Part shown: positions 20,745 through 29,618 of the stretch, in pieces | How positions within the stretch are numbered: position 1 is the stretch's first letter | Layout of the letters: every line of letters begins with the position of its first letter | NCBI GenBank assembly: GCA_964648335.1 | Contig: CAZYLZ010000001.1 | Coordinates: 93,449-157,448, forward strand | DNA from: an uncultured Candidatus Saccharibacteria bacterium | GTDB lineage: Bacteria; Patescibacteriota; Minisyncoccia; Phycocordibacterales; UBA2100 | DNA: 64,000 nt | Reading direction: 5' to 3' | Program-made: the position numbers and the translations under genes | Notes under the pieces: model-generated | Databases searched by the model: none | Seen by the model: the letters and a program-made list of their open reading frames with translations, nothing else | Told to the model about the DNA's origin: nothing

Positions 20745-22091
20745 ATGGCAAAAACAGCAGTACAAGCGGCAGGGATGATCATCACTTACAACAAAGGTAA
20801 GGCGAATGAATTCAACGCGCTCAATAACGTCAATGCCGAGATTTATCCGCGCGAATACATCATCCTCTTCGGTCCGTCGGGTTGCGGCAAGTCGACCTTG
20901 CTCTATACGATGCTCGGGGGCATCCCACCCGAAAAGGGGCATATGTACGTGAAAGGCGAAGACATCTACGCCTACACTCCCGCCGAGATGAATGAATATC
21001 AGCAGTCGACCATCGGGATCGTGTACCAGCAGTTCAACCTCATCTCTTCGATATCGGTGCTCGATAATGTCGCTTTGCCGATGATTTTCCTCGGAAAGTC
21101 GGTCGCTGAGCGTAATGCGCGCGCGTCCGAGCTTTTGCGTCGTTTCGGCATCCCGGAACGTCTCGAGGACAAGCTTCCGACGAATATGTCCGGTGGACAG
21201 CAGCAGCGTGTGGCGGTTGCGCGCGCATTGGTGAACGATCCGGAAATCCTTCTCGCCGATGAGCCGGTCGGTAACCTCGACTCCATCTCTGCAGAGCACG
21301 TCATGGACTCGTTCAAGGAGATCAACGAGAAAGACCGCAAGACCGTGGTGCTTGTCACACACGACGCGAAGTACCTTCCGTACGCGCACCGGGTATTTTA
21401 TATGCGCGATGGAGCGCTCCGACGCATCGTCGTGAATCCAGAGAAGGATCAGATATTGCACATGAAGCCGGGCGAGACGATCGTGACCGAGATCGAGCTC
21501 TTGAACCGACTCTACCCATATGCCGAGCCGATCGAACTCAAGGTGAAGAGCCTGGTTAATTACGCGACGCAGACCATTGGATTCGCACAGCTCGAACGGT
21601 TGGAAAAGGGGATATTGCAGGTGCTCCGCGGCGCTTTCGATGAAGCTATGTTTAACGAATACCTCCAGAAGGGCATGCGCGAGGGCGGCGTCGGTATCGT
21701 GAGCGAAGAGAGTAGAGATATCACGAAAAAGGTGTTTGCTATCGTGAGACAGTCGAAAGACGTGCACCAGTATCGCGAAGAGGTAAAAAATGACACCATG
21801 TTCTTGCACCAGCGCAAGTTCATTGACCGGATCCTTACCTATATTCTCGAGGAGACAGGAACGGTTTCGACGCCGCAGCAGCTCAAGATCCTCCATGATG
21901 CGGTTGCCGACCGCGTCGGGGGCATCACCAACGGAAGCGAATTCGAAGAGATACTCGCGCTCCCGTTCGAGCTCGGTGGAGCCAATTACCCAGAACTTGT
22001 TGCACACCGCACTGCACGGTATCTCGAGAAGCTGATCGCGCAAGGTGGGTATATCATTCTTGCTAACGAGCTCCTCGGAGCGCACACCTAA
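20745..22091 (+). CDS. ABC transporter ATP-binding protein (MacB/LolD-like NBD) with a C-terminal extension of about 220 aa of unknown function
   Basis: Walker A GPSGCGKST, Q-loop, signature LSGGQQQRVAVARAL, Walker B ILLADEPVGNLD, H-loop VTHD. The start is 1 nt after the stop of the upstream FN3 gene. Confidence 0.95.
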   Translation: MAKTAVQAAGMIITYNKGKANEFNALNNVNAEIYPREYIILFGPSGCGKSTLLYTMLGGIPPEKGHMYVKGEDIYAYTPAEMNEYQQSTIGIVYQQFNLISSISVLDNVALPMIFLGKSVAERNARASELLRRFGIPERLEDKLPTNMSGGQQQRVAVARALVNDPEILLADEPVGNLDSISAEHVMDSFKEINEKDRKTVVLVTHDAKYLPYAHRVFYMRDGALRRIVVNPEKDQILHMKPGETIVTEIELLNRLYPYAEPIELKVKSLVNYATQTIGFAQLERLEKGILQVLRGAFDEAMFNEYLQKGMREGGVGIVSEESRDITKKVFAIVRQSKDVHQYREEVKNDTMFLHQRKFIDRILTYILEETGTVSTPQQLKILHDAVADRVGGITNGSEFEEILALPFELGGANYPELVAHRTARYLEKLIAQGGYIILANELLGAHT

Positions 22092-22095
22092 ACGT

Positions 22096-23304
22096 ATGAA
22101 AGCAAAAGACATCGCAATGCTCTCGACTCGTATGTTCAAGACGAACCCGTCTCGAACGTGGCTCACTATCCTCGGCATGGGTGTCGGAACCGGTGCTGTC
22201 GTGGCTCTTGTGGGTCTTGGCTTCGGACTTCAGAGCATCATTCTCGAGCGCATCGTCTTCGGTGAGACTCTCTTGAGCTTGAACGTGGCTAATCCGCCAT
22301 CATTGGTGGTGAAGCTCGACCAGAAGACTATCGATGACTTTGCTACAGACCCGTTGGTTAAAGATGTCTCGCCTATGGCGAGCTTCCCTACCTTGGTGAC
22401 CTACGAAGGCCTTACCGGTAATGCATTCTTGCAGGGTATGAAGCCCTCGTACTTCCTGTATACCGGAGGCAAGGCTGAGGCAGGAGAGCTCTTTTCCGAT
22501 GCGACCGCGATCGACGATCGCGATAATGTCATCATCTCGTCGGCCATGCTCAAGCTGTTCGGTGTCGAGAAGCCCGAACAGGCCCTCGGCAAGAAGATCA
22601 GCTTCCGAGTATTCGTCCCGATCGAAGGTACCGAAGAATCGACGGAGATAAACCTTACGAAACAATACACGATAAAAGGTGTGAGCGGCGACGTATCGTC
22701 CTTGGTGGCCATCATGACAATGGACGAGTTCCAGTCTCATTTCAAAATTCCTCACTACGAGCGTACCCAAGTGCGCGTCCTAAAGAGTGATAACCTTGCC
22801 GAGGTACAGAACGCAATCCTTGCGAAAGGATTTACCGTGACGGCTCTTTCGAAGACGGTCGAGCAGGCGAACAAGATCTTCCAGGGAATCCAGTTCGTCC
22901 TGGCTGTGTTCGGGGGTATCGCACTGACGGTTTCTGCAATCGGTATGTTCAACACGATGACGGTTACGCTCCTCGAACGCACTGCGGAAATCGGCGTCAT
23001 GCGAACTATCGGCGCATCCTCGACCGATATCGTGATTCTGTTCGTCGCCGAGTCGATCATCGTAGGGTTTTTGGGAGGGGTCGTAGGAATACTCATCGGG
23101 GTGGGGATAGGGTTCGGATTAAATGGAGTCGTCAGTGTTGCGGCAAGTAAATTCGGCGGAGAGTCGGTGCGCATCTTTGCATACCCGATGCCGTTTCTAG
23201 TGTTCATCGCGTCGTTCTCGGCTGCCGTCGGTTTCTTGACGGGACTGTTTCCAGCACGTCGTGCGGCGAAGATCAACCCGCTCGACGCTATCAGGTACAA
23301 ATAA
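22096..23304 (+). CDS. ABC transporter permease of the FtsX/MacB type (4 TM helices, large extracytoplasmic loop)
   Basis: First TM LTILGMGVGTGAVVALVGLG, extracellular domain of about 220 aa, then three C-terminal TM helices (FVLAVFGGIALTVSAIG, VAESIIVGFLGGVVGILIGVGIGF, FLVFIASFSAAVGFLTGLF). The start is chosen at ATG 22096, just after the NBD stop at 22091. Confidence 0.85.
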   Translation: MKAKDIAMLSTRMFKTNPSRTWLTILGMGVGTGAVVALVGLGFGLQSIILERIVFGETLLSLNVANPPSLVVKLDQKTIDDFATDPLVKDVSPMASFPTLVTYEGLTGNAFLQGMKPSYFLYTGGKAEAGELFSDATAIDDRDNVIISSAMLKLFGVEKPEQALGKKISFRVFVPIEGTEESTEINLTKQYTIKGVSGDVSSLVAIMTMDEFQSHFKIPHYERTQVRVLKSDNLAEVQNAILAKGFTVTALSKTVEQANKIFQGIQFVLAVFGGIALTVSAIGMFNTMTVTLLERTAEIGVMRTIGASSTDIVILFVAESIIVGFLGGVVGILIGVGIGFGLNGVVSVAASKFGGESVRIFAYPMPFLVFIASFSAAVGFLTGLFPARRAAKINPLDAIRYK

Positions 23305-23372
23305 TCGTGGTGTGGTCATATCCGGGAGCCATTTTGCTGGAAACTTATCCACCTTATCCACAATTTTAGACT

Positions 23373-23379
23373 GAGGAGG
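23373..23379 (+). promoter_or_regulatory. strong Shine-Dalgarno GAGGAGG serving a 6-codon mini-ORF (23388..23408, MLLFPY) whose stop lies 1 nt before the ATG of the 23410 gene
   Basis: GAGGAGG, 8-nt spacer, ATG at 23388; TAG at 23406-23408; main ATG at 23410. Confidence 0.45.
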
Positions 23380-23409
23380 TCCTAAAAATGCTACTATTTC
23401 CTTACTAGT

Positions 23410-25293
23410 ATGTCGAAAGCATCGCACGCGTTTTACCTTTGCAAAGACTATGTCAGACGCACGTTCGGGCTGCCCGATAATCCTACTGCGGGCAAGGTGA
23501 CGCTTTTTACAGTTGTAGGAGCGACTATCGCTGTTTTCATCGGGTCATTCGCCTTCTTTGACGTGAATGTCTCGACCGTTAGCGCCGACGACGTCACAAC
23601 TTCTGTCACGGTACTAAACACGCCGCCAGTCTGGACTGTCGATGCCGAGGAAAGCACTGAGTCTTCAACAACGACTCCAACAAACTCGGGTTCAGTACTG
23701 AGCTTCGTGGGAACCGCGACAGACTCGAACAACGATAACTACTTCCTGCTCATCTGTAAGACCTCAGGGACTCCGACGGCGTCTTCCAATGCTCCTCCGG
23801 CATGCAACGGCGGCATTTCAAATCAATGGGCGCGATCGGCGACGACCACCAGCGGTGCGCAAGCGACGGCGTCTACCTCGACTAAAGAGACCTTCCCCTT
23901 CAATGCCGAGGCAAACCATTGGTATGCATGGGTCTGCGATGCAAACGCGTCCTTGGCGCGCTGCAATGCGACATTCAAGCAGGGAAGCGGCGCTACGGCC
24001 TCGCCGTTTGTCATAAACCATCCCCCAACCTTCATCTCGGTAAGCAATAACGGACCGGTCTTGCCAGGCATCCCTATAACATGGACGACGGTGGCCTCGG
24101 ACACTGACGCTATCCGCGGCGCCGACACGCTCGCGCTATTCGTATGCAAGGCAGCAGACTTTACTGGCTCTGACTGCGGGGCTGGCGGTTCATGGGCCTC
24201 GACTACTTACTATGCGTTGAACAATCCCCAAGCCTCGACCACTATCGCGATTCCCACGCAAGACAAGCAGTATTCTGCGTTCGTGTACGTTATAGACTTT
24301 AAGGGCCGTACTGCGACCTCTTCGCAGCAGGGATTCAACTCGGCCTACTACGTATCGAACGCGACGCCAGCGGTGACGGCTGCGACGATCAGTCTCGTGG
24401 ATACCGATAACTCAGGTAACCTGACCCTGCTCACACCACACGCATCGACGACCGGATTCAAAGTCCAGTTCGAGGTGACCGACAACAATAGCTGCCTGAA
24501 CGCATCGAGTACGCGCGAGATCGGCACAACCACGATAAACGTCTATCGCTCGAGCGTGACGCAGGCTGCCTGCATGGTTTCTGGTGACTATAATTCCAAC
24601 AGTTGCTATACGGCTCAATCTTCGCTGTTTCCGATAAGCTGCACCCAAGATGTCGCATCGTGTAGCGGGGCATCGGACGTGAGCGCAACATGGACATGTA
24701 CCCACACCCTTTGGTATAACGCAGACCCGACTGACGCATCGACCCAATACACGGCAGATAACTGGCTCGCTTCAGTCCAGGCCTACGACAATAACTACGC
24801 AACAAGTACGCTTACGGAGTCGACGACCGGCAACGAGCTTTCGAGCTTCCTGGCGTTCGATGTCTCTTCGACCTCGATCAGCTTCGGGGCATTGGAGCCG
24901 GGTCAGCAGAATGACCCGCTCGCCACGACGACCGACCTTCTCGCATACGGCAACGTCGGACTGGACGAAGATCTCTACGGAGACACCATGTGTACCACCT
25001 GGACGACGGCAGACTCATGTGACATCGGCGGAGTTAATGCGGCAACGAAGATTCCGGTCAGTAATCAGAAGTTCGCGACATCCTCTGTCGCGTATGCGGC
25101 AGGAAACACCCTTACGGGCTCAACATCGCCGTCGCTCCTCCTCATAAATGTTCCTAAGACCATTGCTACGAGCTCACCACAGACCAGGAACACTTGGTGG
25201 GGTATCAACATCCCGAGTGCCATAACGTTGGCAGGTAACTATTCGGGTCAAAACACCATCACTGCGATAAAGAGCGATCCTGCCAACTGGTAG
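23410..25293 (+). CDS. Cys- and Thr/Ser-rich surface protein with an N-terminal TM or signal anchor; its C-terminal domain of about 250 aa is paralogous to the C-terminus of the giant protein
   Basis: TM VTLFTVVGATIAVFIGSFAFF. C-terminal ..CSGASDVSATWTCTHTLWYNADPTD..NTWWGINIPSAITLAGNYSG.. aligns with ..CSGASCTLTCNANVQYIADPTD..LYWGLNIPNGTSAELHSG.. at nt 17500-18125. Confidence 0.8.
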   Translation: MSKASHAFYLCKDYVRRTFGLPDNPTAGKVTLFTVVGATIAVFIGSFAFFDVNVSTVSADDVTTSVTVLNTPPVWTVDAEESTESSTTTPTNSGSVLSFVGTATDSNNDNYFLLICKTSGTPTASSNAPPACNGGISNQWARSATTTSGAQATASTSTKETFPFNAEANHWYAWVCDANASLARCNATFKQGSGATASPFVINHPPTFISVSNNGPVLPGIPITWTTVASDTDAIRGADTLALFVCKAADFTGSDCGAGGSWASTTYYALNNPQASTTIAIPTQDKQYSAFVYVIDFKGRTATSSQQGFNSAYYVSNATPAVTAATISLVDTDNSGNLTLLTPHASTTGFKVQFEVTDNNSCLNASSTREIGTTTINVYRSSVTQAACMVSGDYNSNSCYTAQSSLFPISCTQDVASCSGASDVSATWTCTHTLWYNADPTDASTQYTADNWLASVQAYDNNYATSTLTESTTGNELSSFLAFDVSSTSISFGALEPGQQNDPLATTTDLLAYGNVGLDEDLYGDTMCTTWTTADSCDIGGVNAATKIPVSNQKFATSSVAYAAGNTLTGSTSPSLLLINVPKTIATSSPQTRNTWWGINIPSAITLAGNYSGQNTITAIKSDPANW

Positions 25294-25477
25294 AGATGCT
25301 TTTGGAGCATGCATTGCGGTGAAAACGTTCGCAGTACATGCATTCTTTTACCTACAAACAGCCCACCGCCTTTCATTCATCGGGTGAGGTATCCCGACGG
25401 TACTCGGGCCATTGCGCAAGATACGCAGTGTTTGCGTGCTCAAACGGCAAAAAACGAGGGTCTCACGTGCTAGAATT

Positions 25478-26476
25478 ATGGTCATGAAGTCGGCCATGCA
25501 ACGGCTCGGTATTTTGCGTTACGCGCCTGTTTTGGCGATCGTTGCTGTCGTGGTGTCGCTATTCCCGGGACATGCGTACGCCGGTTTCGGTATCACACCT
25601 CCCTATGTCAATAATGATCGACTCACTCGCGGAACTCAGTATAAACAGGAGATAACGCTGGTGCGCTCAGACCCGAACGAGGACCTGAAGGCGATCATCA
25701 CTTTGAACATTCCGGGCGCCGAGAGCTGGATTTCGATTGACAAGGGTAAGGAATTCACGCTGCCGAAAGGAGAGAGACAAGTGCCGATCGTCGTGACGGT
25801 TACGGTTCCTAAGGATGCGGAGTACAAGCAATACAAAGGTGCCATCAGAATCAGAACCTCTGCTGCGGATAACGCACCAGCAGGTGGCGGAGTCTCTATC
25901 GCGCTGGGAGCGCAGATTGACGTCGATATGAAGGTCGTGGACAAGATCTATGATTTCGAAGTCAGGCGCATCCGCCTCGTCGATCTCGAAGAGGGCCATA
26001 CTCGCTTCGGACTGTTCTTCCCGGCGAAGATTAGGTTTTTCATGACCATCGAGAACACAGGTAACACCGAGTACGGTCCAACGAAGGTCAAGTTCGACAT
26101 CTTTGATGCTGAGCAGGAGACGCTGTTGGAATCGACCGAAAACACCAATAGGATCGAGCGGATAGCACCGTTCGGCATAAAGGAAATCGTGGCCGAGCTG
26201 CCTACTCGATTACCAGCCGGGCGCTACGCGGCGAAATACACCATTTTCAATGGCGAGAAGGTCGCGCAGCAAAACGTCGCGAATATTTCGATCGCGGTGT
26301 TCGGCGCAGTTCCAGGATACGAAGGTTACGGATTCGAAGGGCTCTCGATCGCCGACAAGCTCAAGGTATTGGTCGTGCTCGGAGTGCCATTCGCACTTCT
26401 CGTAGGTCTCATAATTGCGGTCATCATCCGTCGAAAGAATCGCCGACGCCCGCGAACGACGCATGCTTTCCGATAA
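25478..26476 (+). CDS. CscA-like surface protein (DUF916/DUF3324-like architecture: signal peptide, two beta-sandwich-like halves, C-terminal TM helix and basic tail); fourth paralog of the 46.7-52.0 kb family
   Basis: Signal peptide ..LFPGHAYA; TM VLVVLGVPFALLVGLIIAVII followed by RRKNRRRPR; core similar to CDS 46670, 48025 and 50866 (ITLNIPGAESWISIDKG..FTLPKGERQVPIVVTVTVP). Confidence 0.55.
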   Translation: MVMKSAMQRLGILRYAPVLAIVAVVVSLFPGHAYAGFGITPPYVNNDRLTRGTQYKQEITLVRSDPNEDLKAIITLNIPGAESWISIDKGKEFTLPKGERQVPIVVTVTVPKDAEYKQYKGAIRIRTSAADNAPAGGGVSIALGAQIDVDMKVVDKIYDFEVRRIRLVDLEEGHTRFGLFFPAKIRFFMTIENTGNTEYGPTKVKFDIFDAEQETLLESTENTNRIERIAPFGIKEIVAELPTRLPAGRYAAKYTIFNGEKVAQQNVANISIAVFGAVPGYEGYGFEGLSIADKLKVLVVLGVPFALLVGLIIAVIIRRKNRRRPRTTHAFR

Positions 26477-27647
26477 CCGTCATTTCCGCGAGCTCCTTCA
26501 CGAGACGCGCCTCAATGCGACACTTGTGCTGCTTGTCGGTCTTATGATCGCGGCTGCCGTGCTCATGTGGGGTGTGTCTCTGACACAGGCAAATGACGTT
26601 CCCACATCTGCCATCATCACAATCTGCGGCGATGGTCTCGTCGGTGTCGGAGAAGTCTGCGATGCCGGACGGCCGTTCAATATCGGGGGCTACGCTTCGT
26701 CAACGACTTTGCGTACGTGCGAACCGGGGTGCGAGACGTTCGGACCCTATTGCGGAGATCACACACTCCAGGTTCGCTTCGGGGAACAGTGCGATGACGG
26801 CAATAACACTTCGGGAGACCTTTGTGATGCGACCTGCGCGACAGAACCGCCACCGCCACCTACGGGTGGAGCCGGAGGCTCGCCGTCGGTCGGGAGTACG
26901 CCGTTCGTACCTGGGGCATCTCCCGGTTCCATCCCGTCGGAGCGGCAGACCAAGGTAGTGCTGCGGGGGAAGGCATACGCAAACAGTACCGTGAACATTC
27001 TCCTTGACGGCAAGGCGGTAGGTACGGTTACTGCAGACTCGAATGCAGATTTCCTGTTCACGACGACCGCGATAACTCCGGGGACTGCTACCTTCAGTTT
27101 CTGGTCGCGCGATGCTGCCGGGGTCGATTCAATAACCACATCAATGGTATTCGAAGTCGTGCAAAGCGCCGTCACCACACTCGCGAACATTTATCTGCCA
27201 CCGACTATCGCGGCGAGTAGCAAGCAGATCAAGCCCGGTGGGCTCGTTACTCTCTCGGGCTACACAGTGCCTTCGGCCAAGGTCTCCTCTCCGATAATCC
27301 CCGGCGACAAGAGTGCTCTCTCATCGACCGCCGATGGTAGCGGCAAGTGGGCGCTCCAGGTAGACACAGCATCGCTGTCCAACGGATTCCACAGCGTCAA
27401 ATCCATGTTTCAGCTCCCAGACGGCAGCAAGAGCGGGTACGGACGTTCGCTAAGTTTCTTCGTCGGTGAAGGGGAGCCTCCTGCGGGCAAATCACCTGAC
27501 TTGAACCTCGACGGCAAGGTCAACCTCATCGACTTCTCTATATTCCTGACCTCATGGGGGACCGACAACGATCGCAGTGACTTCAATAGCGACACCAAGG
27601 TGAATCTTGCCGACTTCAGTATCATGCTCTTCGCTTGGACCGGCTAA
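26463..27647 (+). CDS. secreted dockerin-tailed protein with a Myxococcus-type cysteine-rich repeat and Ig-like (Big-like) domains
   Basis: CGDG..GEVCDAG.. and CGDHTLQVRFGEQCDDGNNTSGDLCDATC (C-GDG-x-GE-CDDGN-x-GD-C-x-C pattern); poly-Pro/Gly linker; C-terminal DLNLDGKVNLIDFSIFLTSWG...FNSDTKVNLADFSIMLFAWTG, i.e. two dockerin-type calcium-binding loops. Confidence 0.7.
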   Translation: MLSDNRHFRELLHETRLNATLVLLVGLMIAAAVLMWGVSLTQANDVPTSAIITICGDGLVGVGEVCDAGRPFNIGGYASSTTLRTCEPGCETFGPYCGDHTLQVRFGEQCDDGNNTSGDLCDATCATEPPPPPTGGAGGSPSVGSTPFVPGASPGSIPSERQTKVVLRGKAYANSTVNILLDGKAVGTVTADSNADFLFTTTAITPGTATFSFWSRDAAGVDSITTSMVFEVVQSAVTTLANIYLPPTIAASSKQIKPGGLVTLSGYTVPSAKVSSPIIPGDKSALSSTADGSGKWALQVDTASLSNGFHSVKSMFQLPDGSKSGYGRSLSFFVGEGEPPAGKSPDLNLDGKVNLIDFSIFLTSWGTDNDRSDFNSDTKVNLADFSIMLFAWTG

Positions 27648-27670
27648 CAGGTCTGAGTACGCGGTATACT

Positions 27671-28618
27671 ATGCTTACGACTATGCGAAATGTATTCATC
27701 GTCTCTACTTTGTTGAGCACGCTCATGCCACTCTCTGTGAGCGCAGCCTCATTCGTGCTTGATCCAGTTGAGGGATCATACGGAACCGGCGATACGTTCA
27801 TCGTGGCAGTCCGCGTCGATGCAGGTGGCGAATGCCTCAACGCGGCACAGGTCACACTCGACTATCCGAAAGAGACGCTCCGGGCAGTCGACTTCAGTAA
27901 GGGCGACTCGATTTTCAGCCTGTGGATCGATGAACCGGTACTTGATGCCGATTCCGGTAAGGTCATTTTCGCTGGCGGGATACCAGGCGGCTATTGCGGA
28001 AGGATCACCGGCGACCCGGCCCCTACCGACATTCTCGGGAAGGTCGTATTTAGCGTGATCGGCACCAAAGCTAAAACGGTATCCATAGCGACGGGGCCTG
28101 AGTCGGAAGCGTATCTCAACGATGGACTCGGGACGAAGATCTTGCCGAAATCCGGCCAAGCAACATTCTCGATCGGCACCTCGCGGGTGCAGCCGTCGAG
28201 CGAGTGGACCGATTTGGTAGCCGAGGATAAAACTCCGCCGGACCCATTCATCATCCAGGTACAATCCGAAAAAGGAGTCCTCGGTGGGAAGCGCTTTGCC
28301 GTGTTCTCGACGATAGATAAACAGAGCGGGCTCGACCACTATGATATCTACGAAGACGGCGGCTGGAGCCGCATAGAGAGTCCGTATGTGCTGAAAGGGC
28401 CAGCATCTCAATCGCTCAGGATCCGGGCCGTGGATAAGGCGGGGAACGAGCGCATTGCTGAGTATGTGCCAAACGACGCCCTTTCGACCCCTATGACGGC
28501 CGATATTGCACCGAGCCTACTCTCGCTCATAGTCCTGTTCGTCATCTTTGGCATTCTCGCCATGACACATCTGTATATCGAGCGGAAGAAGGAAGAAGAG
28601 GCCGCGGCATCGCTATGA
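27671..28618 (+). CDS. cohesin-like domain protein anchored by a C-terminal TM helix (candidate anchoring scaffoldin)
   Basis: Signal peptide; SFVLDPVEGSYGTGDTFIVAVRVDAGGECLNAAQVTLDYPKETLRAVDFSKGD matches the cohesin N-terminal strand pattern; C-terminal TM LLSLIVLFVIFGILAMTHLYI followed by ERKKEEE. Confidence 0.6.
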   Translation: MLTTMRNVFIVSTLLSTLMPLSVSAASFVLDPVEGSYGTGDTFIVAVRVDAGGECLNAAQVTLDYPKETLRAVDFSKGDSIFSLWIDEPVLDADSGKVIFAGGIPGGYCGRITGDPAPTDILGKVVFSVIGTKAKTVSIATGPESEAYLNDGLGTKILPKSGQATFSIGTSRVQPSSEWTDLVAEDKTPPDPFIIQVQSEKGVLGGKRFAVFSTIDKQSGLDHYDIYEDGGWSRIESPYVLKGPASQSLRIRAVDKAGNERIAEYVPNDALSTPMTADIAPSLLSLIVLFVIFGILAMTHLYIERKKEEEAAASL

Positions 28619-29610
28619 GCAACGGCCGTCACTGGCTCGCCATATACCTGCTGCTTGCCTGCGTCGTTATGGGACCGACGCCTCTGTTTGCAGTCGGAGC
28701 ATCGCTCAAGATAGTCCCCGAGACTGTGCGCAGTGTGGTCGGAGAATCTGTCACATTCGATATTCTGGCGGACACTGGCGGACAGCCGTCGTTTGCCGCG
28801 GAGGCCGAGATTTCTTTCGATCCGAGTCAAGTATACGTCGAGAGCATTTCCACAGAGGGTTCCGTGCTCGGATCTTGGGCGACGAATCCGGAATTCTCGA
28901 ACGATCTCGGCGTGGTCAGATTCTCAGGACTTGCTCCTAACCGTTTTGATGGCGCTGCTCAAAAGTTGCTTTCCATAACGCTGGTACCTAAGACCGCCGG
29001 CAGCGGGGCGCTCCGCATCATTTCTGGGGCTCTTCTGGCGTCAGATGCCCGTGGGTCGAATATCCTCGCGGAGCTGATACCGGCCTCCTACGTTTCCGAG
29101 GCTGCTATCGCGCCGATAGCAGCGCGTCCAGTCGTGGCTGCGCCGATACCTGAGGCGCCAAGTACCTTAGGAGCCACTCCTTCGGTACTTGGCGCATCGA
29201 CAGTTGTAGCGCCCTCAATCTGGGACTACCCGGTGGCACCTATCTTAGGCGAGCGGCTTATCGTCAAAGGCACCGCGATGCCGGACAGTAAGGTCCTCGT
29301 CGTATACGTCCGCAACTTGGAGCCTGAGGTCATCGGCGAGACACGCGCCGCATCAGACGGTTCGTTTGTCTATGCTTCGGACGAGCGCATGCAAGAGGGC
29401 ACGTATCGCCTGTGGGCCGAGATAGAAAACGATACCGGAGAGAGAGGCGAGCATTCGATGGAAGTATCGTTTAGCATCATATCGAATCAGGTCGCCGCAA
29501 GCGCAATCGCGCTCGGAAATGTCGGAACGGGCGCAGGCCTAGTCATGGCGGGTCTTGTTTTTGTGGGACTTGTTGCTATCGCCGTCTTGCGACGCTCACG
29601 ATTCGTGTAG
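28615..29610 (+). CDS. second cohesin-like domain protein with an Ig-like domain and a C-terminal TM anchor
   Basis: ATGA start/stop overlap with the upstream gene; signal peptide; SLKIVPETVRSVVGESVTFDILADTGG..AEAEISFDPSQVYVESI..VVRFSG; Ig-like unit with ASDGSF; TM GAGLVMAGLVFVGLVAIAVL followed by RRSRFV. Confidence 0.6.
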   Translation: MSNGRHWLAIYLLLACVVMGPTPLFAVGASLKIVPETVRSVVGESVTFDILADTGGQPSFAAEAEISFDPSQVYVESISTEGSVLGSWATNPEFSNDLGVVRFSGLAPNRFDGAAQKLLSITLVPKTAGSGALRIISGALLASDARGSNILAELIPASYVSEAAIAPIAARPVVAAPIPEAPSTLGATPSVLGASTVVAPSIWDYPVAPILGERLIVKGTAMPDSKVLVVYVRNLEPEVIGETRAASDGSFVYASDERMQEGTYRLWAEIENDTGERGEHSMEVSFSIISNQVAASAIALGNVGTGAGLVMAGLVFVGLVAIAVLRRSRFV

Positions 29611-29618
29611 CGTCAGCG

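Noticed and set aside
25304-25350. Imperfect inverted repeat (gcatgcattgcg ... cgcagtacatgc) after the 23410 gene stop
   Set aside because: It has several mismatches and a poor T-tract; it might act as a weak terminator but is not supportable from sequence alone
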